From the NCBI GenBank assembly GCA_037137755.1, contig JBAXJR010000023.1, forward strand, positions 1-38,672: DNA of 38,672 nt, given 5' to 3'. Source of the stretch: Methanomicrobiales archaeon (lineage in GTDB: Archaea > Halobacteriota > Methanomicrobia > Methanomicrobiales > Methanospirillaceae). A program made the translations under genes and the position numbers. Below are positions 38,167 to 38,672 of this stretch, in pieces. Numbering within the stretch: position 1 is the first letter of the stretch; every line of letters begins with the position of its first letter. Under the pieces are notes generated by a model. That model ran no database searches. It saw only the letters and a list, made by a program, of their open reading frames with translations, and had not been told where the DNA came from.

Positions 38167-38672
38167 ATGGATACACCTGAAATTATAATGGAAATGCCGG
38201 AAATACCCTTGTTTTGTTCCATAACAAATGGCCCCAGCTTTTGCGTAACTCTTAAACGGGGAGGGTTGACCGATAAAATAGTCAACCAGTCACCAAAACA
38301 GTACCTGGATGCGGTTCGTGATGCCTCAGTTGCCTGGGTCGACTTCACCACGAAGGAGCTGGAAACGGAGATAGAGTGTATCGGCCCTGCCATGGGATTC
38401 CAGAGGGTTGACTACCAGAAACTTTTTTCAGGGTTCTATTCCTCGTACGAGGACTACGATGACGAGCTCGGGATCATGCTCCCCGCTGTTGCGATGACCG
38501 AGACCGACATTATTGTTCGCCCGATTATCATCCTGATTAAAGGGAATACTATTGTCACGGTGCATAACGAGGACATCAACAGGCTTCTTAAATTCTCCCG
38601 GTATGCCCAGCCCTTCCTGAAAAAACTGAATGCTGACAATACCCCGGATAGTATCACGCTTGTCCTTGAACG
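38167..38672 (+). CDS. corA: CorA-family divalent cation transporter, N-terminal part (runs off right edge)
   Basis: Manual translation from ATG 38167 (GGTGA upstream), open to the window end: ...VAWVDF...SSYEDYDDELGIMLPAV...IIILIKGNTIVTVH... Resembles the CorA cytoplasmic domain. The GMN motif would lie outside the window. Confidence 0.72.
   Translation, partial: MDTPEIIMEMPEIPLFCSITNGPSFCVTLKRGGLTDKIVNQSPKQYLDAVRDASVAWVDFTTKELETEIECIGPAMGFQRVDYQKLFSGFYSSYEDYDDELGIMLPAVAMTETDIIVRPIIILIKGNTIVTVHNEDINRLLKFSRYAQPFLKKLNADNTPDSITLVLE

Overview
Archaeal chromosomal window, most consistent with a Methanomicrobiales methanogen (inferred from protein styles and GGTGA/GGAG ribosome-binding sites). 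From left to right: a large secreted protein running off the left edge (not in the ORF track); a housekeeping block on the minus strand (CDP-alcohol phosphatidyltransferase, AK6-type kinase, hisC, argD, guaAB, pyrG, PaaI thioesterase); a GT2-TPR/wHTH-BrxD(DUF2791)-like ATPase operon with no other BREX genes; two divergent sensor-kinase-like proteins that both lack the H-box His; two divergent, head-to-head hisD paralogs; and an MFS exporter. A ~9 kb arsenic/metal island follows (two ArsR, two DGC proteins, ArsP, C_GCAxxG_C_C, Acr3, ArsC). It also carries a stand-alone soluble MtrA-like corrinoid protein, a tiny Cys-rich protein divergent from a Cys-rich PadR across four palindromic boxes, and a frameshifted HxlR remnant. 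The window ends with an aldehyde dehydrogenase, MobB, two tandem TupA-WtpA/ModA fusion lipoproteins (the second internally deleted) and a CorA gene cut by the right edge. The best novel-system candidate is the MtrA-like protein in the ars operon. I recognised no tRNA, rRNA, CRISPR array or transposase. All family calls are from motif recognition by eye, not database searches.
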